A stretch of 63,769 nucleotides of DNA, filler included, from Octopus bimaculoides (GCF_001194135.2; 6 parts of 6 records of this genome joined end to end with filler, not necessarily neighbours in it); one strand, 5' to 3'; counted from the first letter of the whole stretch, positions 38,207-51,575 are shown. A program made the numbers and translations. The notes: a model not told the origin generated them from the letters alone.

Positions 38207-39089
38207 TTCTTACATTTCATAATAGTTTAAGCTTCATGAGGACGAAGTGAACATATGTTGGTATACCCACTATATTCTTTGCACGTGGTACATCTAACCA
38301 TGTAATATCATCATTTATTGAAATTTGTTTCAAATTGCAGATAATTTTGTACAAAGTTGAGCAGTTAGCATTAACTTCTGACTGAAGATAGGATAAGGAC
38401 ACAGAATCTCACCTTGAAAATCAGTGTTCCAGGTATGCACAAAACTATATCGGGAAAATTCTGTAGTGAGTAAATGCACGTAGACAGTATTCGTAAGGAG
38501 GAAATTATTCTCCTAGGAGTTTCCAGACCGGTATTTACAGCTACGAAGTCGCTCTACATGCGCAGGTTTGGTGCTATCAGGGCTATCGTTCGCAGAGATT
38601 TAATAGACTGAGTTGCTTGAGCCGACGGGTTTGCCTGAGTAAGTATTGTTATTACTAACACTGCCAACAGCTCCACATCTATGACGTATATTGCACTTGA
38701 CGAGAAAAGACATAACTCCTGGCCTATTATGTGTTAAGTAAGTCATGTTCTGCATGGCTTGAAACCATATGTAGTCGGGGTTTTCTTGATTTCCTACACA
38801 TTTAATTGATACACGCATACTTCTCCGTTACAAGAGCGTGAGTTGTTAAATAGCAGTTATGTTATCATAATCTCCAGCTACTTCTATTTGGAACGAAAGA
38901 TATAAGATGCGTTGATTAAAAAACAGTGGTGTTCGTGAATAGTCTGGTATATGTCTTCTTTACACGCCGAGTACTTATTTCACCCCTTCTAATTACATTT
39001 GCGAATATCTCTTCGTGTCGTGCTACTCTACAACTGTGTAAACGTAAATGCACGTACACTTACATACGCACACACACACAAAAACATGA

Positions 39090-39133
<44 letters not shown>

Positions 39134-39371
39134 ACAAAAACATGGATACACACACACACACACACACACACAGATGCGCGAATTTGTATGTCATTATTTA
39201 GTTTTGTTTCAAGATATGTTGCTAATAGAGAAAGAACCGTTTTCCAACATAGATCCAAAGCTTCTTCACTGGAATTCCAATAACATCAACACGGTATTTC
39301 TGAATGGGTATCTGCAGATTTGTATGCTTGTATGCAAGCATATATACATGTATGTATACACACACACACAA

Positions 39372-39404
<33 letters not shown>

Positions 39405-39421
39405 CACACATATATACAAAC

Positions 39422-39468
<47 letters not shown>

Positions 39469-39673
39469 TATATATGCAAGCATATATATATATATATATA
39501 TATATCATTTATCATCGTAAATATACAGGGATTAGCATTGAGTTGCTTCTCCAACATACTGAAAATTTAGAAATAGCAGTCAAAAATCTACTGATTCTAA
39601 ACTACAATTTTTTCTCTAGATGGATGGCGATATTTATGGCGCACATAGAACAAAAAACCAGAGTGAAAAGCAA

Positions 39674-39773
39674 NNNNNNNNNNNNNNNNNNNNNNNNNNN
39701 NNNNNNNNNNNNNNNNNTTAATTAATTAANNNNNNNNNNNNNNNNNNNNNNNNNNNNNNNNNNNNNNNNNNNN
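39674..39773. other. Artificial scaffold join
   Basis: 44N-TTAATTAATTAA-44N. Confidence 0.95.
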
Positions 39774-40364
39774 TATATATATATACATGCATACATACAA
39801 ATATATATGTATGTATGTATGTATGAAATAGATAAAATAATAATAATAAGTAAAACATAATATATAATAAATCTCACATGCTTCATAAATGAATTTACCG
39901 AATTAAATTCATTATCAAATATAACGTTCCTGGGTTTACCGTACATAATTTATAACTGAAATCTGAAATTTTGACACAAAACGTTGAACATATCTACACC
40001 AGATTCTTAATGTTATGTCCTCGAGGTATTATTAATCTTAATTTTTATCATTTGGCTATATTTTTATTTGTTTTAAATATCCAGTTTTCGATTTTATTTA
40101 TGTTATGTTACGTAATCTTTAAAAATATAAATTTTCTGTGTTTTGCCGCACATATGGGTATGTGTGTGCGCGTGTAATATAAATTTGCACTTACGAACAC
40201 ACACATAGATATGTGTATATGAATGTGTGTACATGTGTGTGTGAGTGTTTGCGTGTGTGTGTGTAACTTAAATTAAGTTTTAAAAGTCAATACAAAATTG
40301 CAATTCATTGCAGTTTCATTTTGTGGATTATCAGATCCCTTATAAGTGTCCCAATTACAAGAAT

Positions 40365-40985
40365 ATTCTTTTCTACTCTAGGCACAAGGCCCGAAATTTT
40401 GGCAGAGGTGGGGAGGAGGGCAGTCAATTAGATCGATCCCAGTACGCAAGAACTACTTAATTTATCGACCACGAAAGGATAAAAGGCAAAGTCGACCTCG
40501 GCGGAATTTGAACTCGGAACATAAAGACAGACGAAATACCGTGAAGCATTTTGCCCGATGTGCTAACATTTCTTATTTCTTTATTACCCACATAGGGGCT
40601 AAACATAGAGAGGACAAACAAGGACAGACAAAGGGATTAAGTCGATTACATCGACCCCAGTGCGTAGCTGGTACTTAATTTATCGACCCCGATAGGATGA
40701 AAGGCAAAGTCGACCTCGTCGGAATTTGAACTCAGAACGTAACGGCAAACGAAATATCGCTAACGTTTCTAACGTGCTAACGTTTCTGCCACCTCGTTCC
40801 CTTCTCGTTGTAAGAATATTCTTTTCTACTGTAGGCACACGCCCCGAAATTTTGGTGGAGGGGGCCAGTCGATTAGATCGACCCCAGTACGTAACTCGGC
40901 GGAATTTTGAGTCAGAACGTAAAGATAGACGAAATACCGCTAAACATTTCGCCCGGCGTGCAAACGTTTCTGCCAGCTCGCTGCC
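40365..40985 (-). mobile_element. Three adjacent SINE family B copies, two tail variants
   Basis: GTCGATTAGATCGACCCCAGT and GGCGGAATTTGAACTC(A/G)GAAC recur at about 40420-40560, 40640-40790 and 40860-40985. Confidence 0.85.
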
Positions 40986-41312
40986 TTCCAGTTGCAAAAA
41001 TATTGAAATAGGTTGGTACCTTGAATCTTTTACTTGCTTCAGATATTGAACTGCGGTCATGCTTGGCATCGCCTTTAATAGTTTCAGTCGAACGAATCGA
41101 TCCTAATATTTCATTTATTTATCAAAGTTTGGTACTTATTCTATGGATGGGGTGGAGTTCCCGAACCGCTAAGTTCCGGAGGCGTAAACAGACTAACACT
41201 GGCGGTAAAGCGACAGTGGTGATTGTGGTGGGAAACATAAATACAAGCCAGAAAGAGACAAACATATACACATATGCACGCACACACACACAAACACAAG
41301 CATTTATATATG

Positions 41313-41349
<37 letters not shown>

Positions 41350-42156
41350 GAAATTATGTGTAGAAGGAGAATTCTACGAGGTATAGTACAATGCAAAATA
41401 CCAAAAGGAACCTCACCTCTTATATCTCACCTTTCTTCCTCCTTTAACGCCGATGTGATATAATTTCTTGGGAGAGAAATACATTTGCGGCTGAAGATAG
41501 CTTTGTATTGTCAATTATACACTGATATAAAGCTTGAAACACGTGTACCGCAGAATCCTTTGTGTTTTTGTTTTTATTTTTTGCATTTACAATTTATTCT
41601 TTCACCTCAACCACGAGCTGGCATACACAGGTGCTTACGATTGTCAAGTATTGCCTCTAACATTTACTTTACCTATATNNNNNNNNNNNNNNNNNNNNNN
41701 NNNNNNNNNNNNNNNNNNNNNNNNNNNNNNNNNNNNNNNNNNNNNNNNNNNNNNNNNNNNNNNNNNNNNNNNNNNNNNNNNNNNNNNNNNNNNNNNNNNN
41801 NNNNNNNNNNNNNNNNNNNNNNNNNNNNNNNNNNNNNNNNNNNNNNNNNNNNNNNNNNNNNNNNNNNNNNNNNNNNNNNNNNNNNNNNNNNNNNNNNNNN
41901 NNNNNNNNNNNNNNNNNNNNNNNNNNNNNNNNNNNNNNNNNNNNNNNNNNNNNNNNNNNNNNNNNNNNNNNNNNNNNNNNNNNNNNNNNNNNNNNNNNNN
42001 NNNNNNNNNNNNNNNNNNNNNNNNNNNNNNNNNNNNNNNNNNNNNNNNNNNNNNNNNNNNNNNNNNNNNNNNNNNNNNNNNNNNNNNNNNNNNNNNNNNN
42101 NNNNNNNNNNNNNNNNNNNNNNNNNNNNNNNNNNNNNNNNNNNNNNNNNNNNNNNN

Positions 42157-42218
<62 letters not shown>

Positions 42219-42258
42219 CAACTTTACGAGTATTTATTTTGAATATTTACTCATTCTA

Positions 42259-42311
<53 letters not shown>

Positions 42312-43431
42312 AAATCAAAATAAGCAACAGGATATCAAGAAGTGATGCAGTACGACCGTTTCGGCGGCTCCATGTAATTGAACAATGCAGTCATTGCATC
42401 AATTTAAATGCAGGGCTATCATCAGCTGCAGAAGTAAATAGAATTTTATTTAGTTGGACACATTAATATAATCTTTCTCAAATACCTTAATAGAGCAAGA
42501 AGATGGAAGAAATTCATGTTGTCGCTATTGTAGCTAAGAATATACTACACTTCCAAGAAAAGCATGAAGCTTACTGGGGTCATAGCTTGTAAAGGTTTGT
42601 GGTTCATTTCTAATTTATTTGTCTTTTTATCAAATACTAAATCTAGGACTAGAGGATTGTGTGTGTTTGGAATAAAGAGCAAGAGTGAGTTGACAGCTCA
42701 TGTCTAGGTATGGTCATAAATATTGTCAAGATAGAAGTAATAAATTGGATATAGAGTAACAGTCTATAAAAGGAGGCTGGGTAGGGGAAGACCCTAAATC
42801 ATGATGTTAATTACCAGTTAAAGGGGCAAGACGCTAATAAAATCTATGATGTTAATACAGAGGAAATTTTATCATGGGGTACTATGGATGATTGTTTATA
42901 ACCAATATTGCATATAATAAATAATATTGTTTATAAATGATATCATAACCAAAACAGGTAAAATGTGTGTATATATCAATTTCCAACATTAAAAACGAAA
43001 GATTACATAGAATCATTTTATATATATATATATAAATAGATAGATAAATAGATAGATAGATAGATATACAAACATACAAACATACATACATACATACATA
43101 TAAACATACATACATACATACATACATATATTCGAAATTTTGTCTAGGTGAATCTGGCCGAAGAGAACTAATCAAATTTACGTTAACAAACGTAATTTGA
43201 AAAGTTCGAAATCTAGGTACTAGATTATCCACATCTGGGTTGTACATTTATTTAACGTTCTTCCTACAGGTAAGGTGAAATTTTTTATGCCCGCAAACAC
43301 CTTTGCCAGTATATATATATATATATATTTATACAGTGAAGTTTTACTATAGCGTTGTATATTATCGACTGCTATTTCCAGTAAATATTGATGCAGTGTT
43401 GTACCACTATTCTATATTTATATATGTATAT

Positions 43432-43615
43432 ATACACGACGGGCTTCTATACAATTTTCGTCTGCTCGATTCACTTGCAAGGCATTGATCGGTCAGGGGC
43501 TAATATAGAAGATTATAATACAGTTGCACAATGTGTGGAACAGTGGTACTGAACCCGAAATCATGTGGCTGCGAAGCAAGTTCCTTAACCATATGCCCAT
43601 GCCTGCACCAGCTTA
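43432..43615 (-). mobile_element. SINE family A 5' half, diverged
   Basis: ACGACGGGCTTCT...GGTACTGAACCCGAAATCATGTGG. Confidence 0.75.
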
Positions 43616-44059
43616 CCTGCGCCAGCCCTGTCTGCGCCAGCCTTACCTCAGTCCGTATGCAACAGTTTATAAAGCACACTCACTTGGATGAAGGCTTAAA
43701 CCTCTTATTCAATTATCGACTCTGGAAGTTTAAGACACTGTACTTTAACACATTGAAACAAGGTGTCAGTTTTAAAACCATTGATTTTTAACTGTATCAA
43801 ATAATTTAAACGAGAAACGAGTCAAAGGACGCTAGACTGGCCAGGCTCGACGTTTCGTACCAAATAAATCACTGCTTAAATGTTGATCATAGTGTATAAT
43901 AGTGCAGATGGTACTTCTTCGGTTGTTCTCTGTTCTTCTGTTAATACACGCCCTAATTGCCATCGTTTAATTAGAGCTTGAATCCTGCAGGTGAAAAATC
44001 TTTAAATAAATCTTAAACAAAAACAAAAAAAATCAAGCATACATTCGTCAGTACATTAA

Positions 44060-44096
44060 TATGATGATGGAGACGATGATGATAGTGATGATGATG

Positions 44097-44171
<75 letters not shown>

Positions 44172-44920
44172 GTGGTGGTTGTGGTGGTGGTGGTGTTGGT
44201 CGTCGTCGTCGTCGTCGTAGTGTGATAAAGGTATTGTTAATGATTATGATAATAGTGGTGGTGGTGATAGTGATGAAGTTGATGATGATTATGATGATGG
44301 TGATGATGATGATGATGATGATTTTGATGGTGGTGTCAGTGATGATGACGATGATTTAAATGGGTTGATGAGGGTGATGATGACGACGGTTGTGGTGGCC
44401 GTGGTGATGATGATGATGACCATAACGAGAACAACGACGACGACGACGACGATGATGATGACTATGATGATGATGGCGATGATGATGATGACGACGATGA
44501 TGATGACGACGATGATGATGATGCAGATCTGAGTGAGAAGGAAGATAAGACACCCTAATTGAGATGAATGAGAACTGAAGAAATTAACTCTGTTTTATTA
44601 GAACTGTTTCGGGGGACAAGAAAAAAAAGAGTGAAAGATGGAGAGGGAGAGAATGAGAGAATGAGAGAGAGGGAATGAGAGAGAGAGAGAGAGAGAGGGG
44701 GTGCTGGGGAGAGAGGGTGCTAGAAAGAGAGGAAGAAATGTTTGTGGTTAAAGAATGAAGCACTGAGGAATAGTATGAGTTTCAACATATTTATTAGAGA
44801 GGTTACCTCCTTAACATGTCTGCTGCTGCTTCTGCTACTGCTGTTGCTTCTAAGACTGTTGCTGCTGCTGTTGTTGTCACTGTTCTGGTTACTACTACTA
44901 CTATCACCACCACCACCACC

Positions 44921-44999
<79 letters not shown>

Positions 45000-45054
45000 N
45001 NNNNNNNNNNNNNNNNNNNNNNTTACTACTACTACTATCACCACCACCACCACC

Positions 45055-45135
<81 letters not shown>

Positions 45136-45240
45136 GCTACTGTTACTACTACTATTACTACTACTACCACCACTATAGCTGCTGCTGCTGCCGTTACTGC
45201 TGCTGTCGCTGCTGCTACTGCTGTTACCACCACCACCACC

Positions 45241-45295
<55 letters not shown>

Positions 45296-46175
45296 GTACT
45301 ACCACCACTTCAGTGGTTGCAATTCTTTCTTTCTCTGCCATTGTTTCTGATGCCGTTATCTGCTGCTGCTGTTCTTCTTCTTCTCCTTCTTTCTGCTGCT
45401 CTTGCTAGTAAGAAGTGCATTATATTGCTGCTAGTTCCATTCCAAACACACCATTATCTTAATTATAATATTTTCTTGTAACATAATTGACAGGAAATGA
45501 TCGCAGAGGTGGAGACGCCGGAATGGTGGTGTCAGTGGAGGTGGCGGTGGCGGTGGTGGTGGTGGTGGTGGTGGAGATTGGAGTTGGTATTGTGGTAGAG
45601 ATTCTTGTTGTGGTTTTGGCTGTAGTGGTGTGGGTATTGGGGGTCGATGTTGAGATATTCGGTGTGGTTTTTGTAGCGGTTATGGAGAAGAGNNNNNNNN
45701 NNNNNNNNNNNNNNNNNNNNNNNNNNNNNNNNNNNNNNNNNNNNNNNNNNNNNNNNNNNNNNNNNNNNNNNNNNNNNNNNNNNNNNNNNNNNNNNNNNNN
45801 NNNNNNNNNNNNNNNNNNNNNNNNNNNGGTGGTGGTGGTGGTGGTGGTGGTGGTGATGGTGAAAATGATGATGCTGATGATGATGATGATGATGACGGTG
45901 AAGATTATGATGACAGAGGGTTGTGGTAGTGGTGGTAGTGGTGTTTGTGGTGGTGGCGATTGCAGTAGTGGTGGTGGTGGTGGTGGTATCTACGACTACG
46001 ATCAATGATGACGACGACGACGACGACGACGATGATGATGATGATGATGATGAAGATGAAGATGAAGATGAAGAGGAGGAGGAGGAGGACGACGACGACG
46101 ACAATGATGATGATGGCAAATGTAGCTGTGATGATGACCATAATAAGCATGGTGATGATGATAATGATGATGATG
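44060..46175. repeat. Large compound trinucleotide microsatellite field (GAT, GGT, GAC, CTA, CCA, CTG) with GA tract
   Basis: Directly visible. It explains all poly-Y/T/L/V/D ORFs here. Confidence 0.95.
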
Positions 46176-46301
46176 CAAGAATGACGGACGTGGTTTTAAT
46201 TCAGCTCAAACATTTGTCTGCTGATGTCTGGAAGGTAACTCTTGGACATGAAGAGAAAATTCCAGTGTCGCAATTCGAGGGGAAGGGGTGACCGTTCACA
46301 G

Positions 46302-46451
46302 CATTTAATGCGACTGGTTTCATGATACTCATGTACTACAACGGAGATTGGGTGGAAAGGCTATACAGTGAAAGCGAGCCCGTGGATGTAGCGTTACATG
46401 AGGCAGAGAGGAGAAACTACATGTGTGTGAAACAATTGCTGGAATTTGTGG
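46302..46451 (+). CDS. Candidate 150-nt phase 1-1 exon (xFNATGFMILMYYNGDWVERLYSESEPVDVALHEAERRNYMCVKQLLEFV), product unknown, weak ankyrin-like tail
   Basis: Complex, GC-balanced open frame with strong donor GTGG|GTGAGT. The acceptor CCGTTCACAG is weak. ALHEA.RR....VKQLLEF.G resembles an ankyrin repeat but is one residue short of consensus. Confidence 0.3.
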
Positions 46452-46502
46452 GTGAGTGAATTTTTACCAATCAGTTATGGATGTCACATGGGAAGAAATA
46501 TT

Positions 46503-46717
46503 GATTTCAAACTTTGGCACAAGGCTGGCAATTTCAGAGGAGGGGGCTAAGTCGATTACATCGACCTAAGTACTCGACCGATATTTATTTTATCGATCTG
46601 GAAAGGATAAAAGGCAAATCAATCTAAGCGGGATTTGAACTCAGAACGTAAAGATGGACGAAATGCTGCTAAGCATTATCGCCGGTGTACTAACGATCAT
46701 GCCAGCTCACCACCTTT
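46503..46717 (-). mobile_element. SINE family B, full length, with 19-bp TSD
   Basis: Perfect direct repeat TCACATGGGAAGAAATATT at 46484-46502 and 46718-46736. Confidence 0.92.
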
Positions 46718-46929
46718 TCACATGGGAAGAAATATTAGTGTATGTGTAATAGCAGCATTGCTTCATAGATGGAACCAACGCTCAACGCAATGGGGGTCAG
46801 CAACAGACTAGTGCTGAAACATTTCTTGGCTATTGAGAGACGCTTATAGATGTAGAAATGATATTAGTGCATATGTAATAACAGTATTATGTCAAAGATA
46901 AAAACAATGCAATGAGGTTTTGCACTAGG

Positions 46930-47400
46930 TCGCCATCTGTCCAAATGGCTTTGCATTGTGCCAATAAGTGACCAACGGGGCTTTGTATTGGGCCAGTAAC
47001 TACCAACGAGTCCTTGTATTTGGAGCGAAAACAAGCAGTCGAAATAGGGCTTGTCCGAAGGTACTCTGGAGTAACATTACACAAGGTATGCTCTCGGAGG
47101 TCAGTATGGATCTCCAGCTCGACCCCCTATTTTTCCGCATTGAAGACTCATAGCTTTGGTACTATGGACATGTTATTAGATTGTCGCAGGAAAGAATCGC
47201 AAGACGGATTCTTTAAGCCGAGCCAACCAGCAGGAAACCTAGGGATAAACAAAGAACGTGATTGTTTGATAATACCCAGTCTCAGTTGGTCACACGAGGG
47301 AATCCAGCCGAAAAGTCTAATGGAGGTTGCTTGTGAGAGAACCCTATGGATGAGGTGCTTGTTTGCTCTACCCTACGACCCTTTCAGGAATAACGGGTGG
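46930..47400 (+). mobile_element. RTE-clade LINE 3' end, decayed
   Basis: KQAVEIGLVRRYSGVTLHK, then frameshifted SEVSMDLQLDPLFFRIEDS*LWYYGHVIRLSQERIARRIL*AEPTSRKPRDKQRT, which matches the RTE C-terminal LRW.GHV.R...R...IL......RP.GRP motif. Confidence 0.85.
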
Positions 47401-47805
47401 AGAAAATGGATTGATGGATGTTGTTTTCACAAAACTATGCATTGGTGTCTCTGTTCAGACGCGATTGTTAAGTTCTTGTTGAAAGACGAAATACTCCAAC
47501 AGGTATTTCTTATAAACAAGGGCGTAGAGTTGTTTTCTTACCAGAATTACATTTACATCATCACATTTATCTGTTAATCTCGTAATCTTGTCATGATAAA
47601 GTCAAAAACTAAAATCCTGTATGTTTATAACCATAGACGTAAACATACGCATATATACAAATAAACGCTGTTACCGCATAAGCATTTCTACATACGTACG
47701 TACATATTAGTACATGCATAATACATACATACATACATACATACATACATAAATACATACAGATATGTGTGTTGTTTGTTTGTTTGTTTGTTTGTGTGTA
47801 TGTGT

Positions 47806-47843
<38 letters not shown>

Positions 47844-48443
47844 CTCTGTATATCATCTATTTCTATGCTATCAGGACGTGATAGATGTTATTTTAAAAGA
47901 GATGTTTACGTCAATCTTTCAGCTGATCTGCCAACATTTTAACTAACAATATATTACGATTTTATGACACGGAGACTGATAAAAGAGAAACAAAAAGTAC
48001 TATGGTAAATACGTAATATAAAGTTTATATAAAAGAAAAAGATGTCTAATGATAATTGAGTGTTATGTTTACCTGACGAAGAAAATTTAGCCATTCAGTT
48101 CTTCTTTATATACAAGGCACATAGCCAAACGATGAAGAGGTTTGCTGCCTCAGCATTAAGTCATACGTTCAACCTCATTGTGCAGCTCTCGTTGGGCAAA
48201 TGTATTTTACTTTAGACACAGGCCTTGTGATGGGATTTGTGAGACGAAAACTAAGGGATTGAAGCTATATATAAGGAGGTTGTATACTGAAACTGTATAA
48301 ACTGTATTTGTGATCGGAGGGCGTTGCTATACACAGTCTTACAAGACTTCTGGGTGAAGATTAAGAGTGGAATACTCACCTACTTACAGTATATTTTGTA
48401 ATGTGGTACGCAATTCTGTTGGAAACAATGGGGAAGTCAAATA

Positions 48444-49214
48444 TGAGTAGGTACCCAAAAGTAACCGGAAACGTTCTCTGTGGAACAAACAGTTGTAATT
48501 CAGGCTTCCGCTGCTAGAAGGAACTGCGTGCTTCCGGGAAATTTTGTTTTCTGCTGGGGAAAACGGCCGCCGAAACAGTTTTCATGCTTCAAAAAGTTTA
48601 CAAGAACGCTGCCATAAGTAAAACAAGTTTATGAGTGGTTTCTGCGCCTTAGGAATGATCGCTTGTCGCTTGAAGACCGACATCGTTCAGGTCGACCACC
48701 GACATCCCGAACGAATGAAAACACCATAAAAATTCACGAACTGATCTTAGAGGACCATCACTGAACAATTGATGAGCTTGTTGATATGACTGGTGTATCC
48801 TGGAGCTCCTGTCAATAGATTTTGAGCGAGGAATTGCGAATGAAAAGAGTTGCAGCAAAATTTGTGCCTTGCTTGTTCACAGAAGATCAAAAGCAGTTAC
48901 GACTGAATGCGTATCGTGAACTGAAAGAACAGTTGGAAGTTGATCCGGACCTTTTTTAGAAGGTCATCACTGGTGATGAAAGCTAATGCTACGGAATTTT
49001 CAGATGTGGAAGAGGCGAAGAAAAAAACCAAGGAGGCGTTATAAGGCTTCATTTTGCAAGAGTTGCAGCACAGCTTCGAATAGTGGAAAACGTGCTTGGA
49101 TCAATGCATTGCTTCAAATTAAGAATATTTTCAAGGCGATAAAAGTGTAAGCATGTTAAACTAAGTGAATAAAATAATATTGCAAACCTCTGGTTTCTTT
49201 TGGGTACCGCCTCC
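48444..49214 (+). mobile_element. mariner (DD34D-type) transposon, internally deleted
   Basis: Degenerate TIRs (T/G)GAG..GGTACCCAAAAG.AACC.GA with TA flanks. Remnant EWFLRLRNDRLSLEDRHRSGRP..ELRMKRVAAKFVPCL..KVITGDES, then a jump to the C-terminal FSDVEEAKKKTKEAL..WKTCLDQCIAS. Confidence 0.9.
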
Positions 49215-49659
49215 TATACTTACCGGTTTCTAATTAATGTACAAAGGTCGGCAAGATTTGAGGGTAGATCTTAGCCGATGCCATCGACACCAGTACTAGA
49301 CTGGTACTTTATTTTATCGACTCTCGAGGGACAAAAGGCAAAGTTGACCTCCACTTAGGCAAGCCTTGCCTTTCAACCTTTCGGATCCGATAAATAAATA
49401 CCAGTTCTATACTGTTATCAATTCTTGTCTTCCTGTCATTCTTTATGTCTGGTTATCATTCTTTTTTTTATCTCCTGGAAGAAATCGGTTGAGGTCACAC
49501 CTGGAGAAGGATGGACTTCGCTAGGTCTAAAATGCTTAAGACATACCGCATGTCACCACGGTGTCTCTTCGATTCTATCAAGGAGCTTGGGGGCCAAAGA
49601 TAATATATATATAAATGAATATGTATATATAATGTATATATAAATAATGTATATATAAA

Positions 49660-50345
49660 TGTATATTGTTTTGTTCATCATTTTATGCTGTAGGTACTTG
49701 GTGGAGATCTGTTCTTGAATTGCATCAAGGTGGCCTTCGAAGTGCGATGTCATAAACACCATCCTTGCATGGGAATCATAACCTGTCTACATCTCCACTG
49801 ATGTTGAACTTTCCTCTAACACTGAGTAGCTTGCGAGTTCAAACAGCTCTCACATTGAGTTCTTATAATGACCAGTTCAGAAGGTCACTAGAAGGTCACC
49901 ACAAGGCCAAATGTAGGCGTGCGGACATGCACTGTAAAGGTGTCGAAGGCAACATGCTTGTAAGCTGAGCGTTCTGATAAACATATTCTCTTTACTCTTC
50001 TGAGGTGTTCATACCTGATCGTTTTCTTATTTATTGGTCCATCACATCTGACATCCTCATCTTGTCCAAGATACATATTAATATCACCTCATTGCATAGA
50101 TTGTATTGTCAAGTAGTTCACGTTTTTTGGTTTTCAGTGGAGGGCACGACTTTTTCGCATTTTAATGTCAAAAATGCACGTTTGAACTCACCAAATTTCA
50201 TTCCAATGTCTGCAGAAGACTGGGTCATGCGGTCCAACTGATTTTTTGTGTGGTCGTTATTTTGCCAATACAGTTTCAGGTCGTTGGCAAAGAAAATATA
50301 GGAGATACTTCTGGATCCATTTGTATGGTAACTGGGTTTTATGAG
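49660..50345 (-). mobile_element. RT-domain fragment of an R4/NeSL-type (RLE) LINE
   Basis: ISYIFFANDLKLYWQ..SADIGMKFG (degenerate (F/Y)MDDLKLY), then YLGQDE..GPINK..RRVKRICLSERSAYKHVAF..PTFG. Confidence 0.8.
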
Positions 50346-50384
50346 CAGATATGATAGTAGGTTTAATGAGAAGACGTATGTATG

Positions 50385-50396
50385 TATCAATACAAG

Positions 50397-50427
<31 letters not shown>

Positions 50428-50805
50428 TGTATGTATGTATGTATGTATGTATGCATGCAGGCATGTATGTATGAATGTGTGTATGTATTTATGTATGTAC
50501 GCATGTATGTATATATGCATGCATGTATGTATGTATATATGTATGAATGAATGTATGTACGTTTCTATATGGGCATGTATGTACGAATGTGAATGTGTAT
50601 GTGTATGTATGTATGCAAACATGTACCTATGAATGTGTGTATGTATGCATTTATGTTTGTATGCATGCATGTATGTATGTATGTATGTATGAATGAATGG
50701 TTGTACGCGTGTACGTATGTATGCATGTATGTATGTATTTATTATGTATGTATGTATGTATGTATGTATGTATGTATGTATGTATGTGTTTATGTATGTA
50801 TGCAC
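50385..50805. repeat. (ATGT)n tetranucleotide field
   Basis: Directly visible. Confidence 0.95.
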
Positions 50806-51231
50806 AGAGCAACACTGGAAAAACGTATCATAAAAATAATAACAATAATAATTTTTTTTTTTTTTAGAAAGAAAATATATCTTATAAAGATGAAGAACGA
50901 AAAATGGGCGAATTTGGATTTTGATAAGAAAATAATCGAAAACGTCAATAGTTTTTTAAAAGCCCGTTGTTTCGGAATAGATATGCTTTACAACAGGTTG
51001 ATGCAACATAAGGTATCGTATCCTACTTATCAACGTGCCAAAACAAGAATTATATCCTACTGAAGGCAATTTCTCGATGAATTATTTAAAATTCGTTGAA
51101 TCTATTGAAGAAATTAGAAGTGATTCCGCGAAGATCGATAAAACTCTTCAAGCTGATTGTAAATCCATCTATCTTAAGATGAATGCTGTAAAAGGCAATC
51201 TTAATGCTAATTTATTGTTATTGTCCTATGC

Positions 51232-51293
<62 letters not shown>

Positions 51294-51340
51294 ATTATAA
51301 TAATAATGATGATGATGATGATGATGATGATGATATTGAC

Positions 51341-51379
<39 letters not shown>

Positions 51380-51383
<4 letters not shown>

Positions 51384-51575
51384 GTTTCAAATTTTGGCAC
51401 CAGGCCAGCAATTTCAGAAAAAGAGTAAGTCGATTTCATCGACTTCAATCCTTAACTGTTACTTATTTTATCAACATTCGAAAGGTAAAGTCGACTACGG
51501 CAGAATTTGAAGTAATGTCGGATAAAATGCCGCTAAGCATTTTGTCCGGTGCGTTAACCGTCCTGCCTGTTCGAT
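51380..51575 (-). mobile_element. SINE family B, diverged
   Basis: GGCACCAGGCCAGCAATTTC...AAAGGTAAAGTCGAC..CGGCAGAATTTGAA...GCTAAGCATTTTGTCCGG. Confidence 0.75.

Noticed and set aside
43130-43247. Minus ORF MYNPDVDNLVPRFRTFQITF...
   Set aside because: All three frames stop right after the acceptor, and the apparent donor comes from the ATGT microsatellite.
43860-43984. Strong minus-strand acceptor followed by IQALIKRWQLGRVLTEEQRTTEEVPSALLYTMINI*
   Set aside because: Two alternative short frames, no good donor and no homology recognised. It cannot be distinguished from chance.
46289-46291. Selenocysteine TGA
   Set aside because: No selenoprotein-like context (e.g. CxxU) and no SECIS that I can recognise downstream, where a SINE follows.
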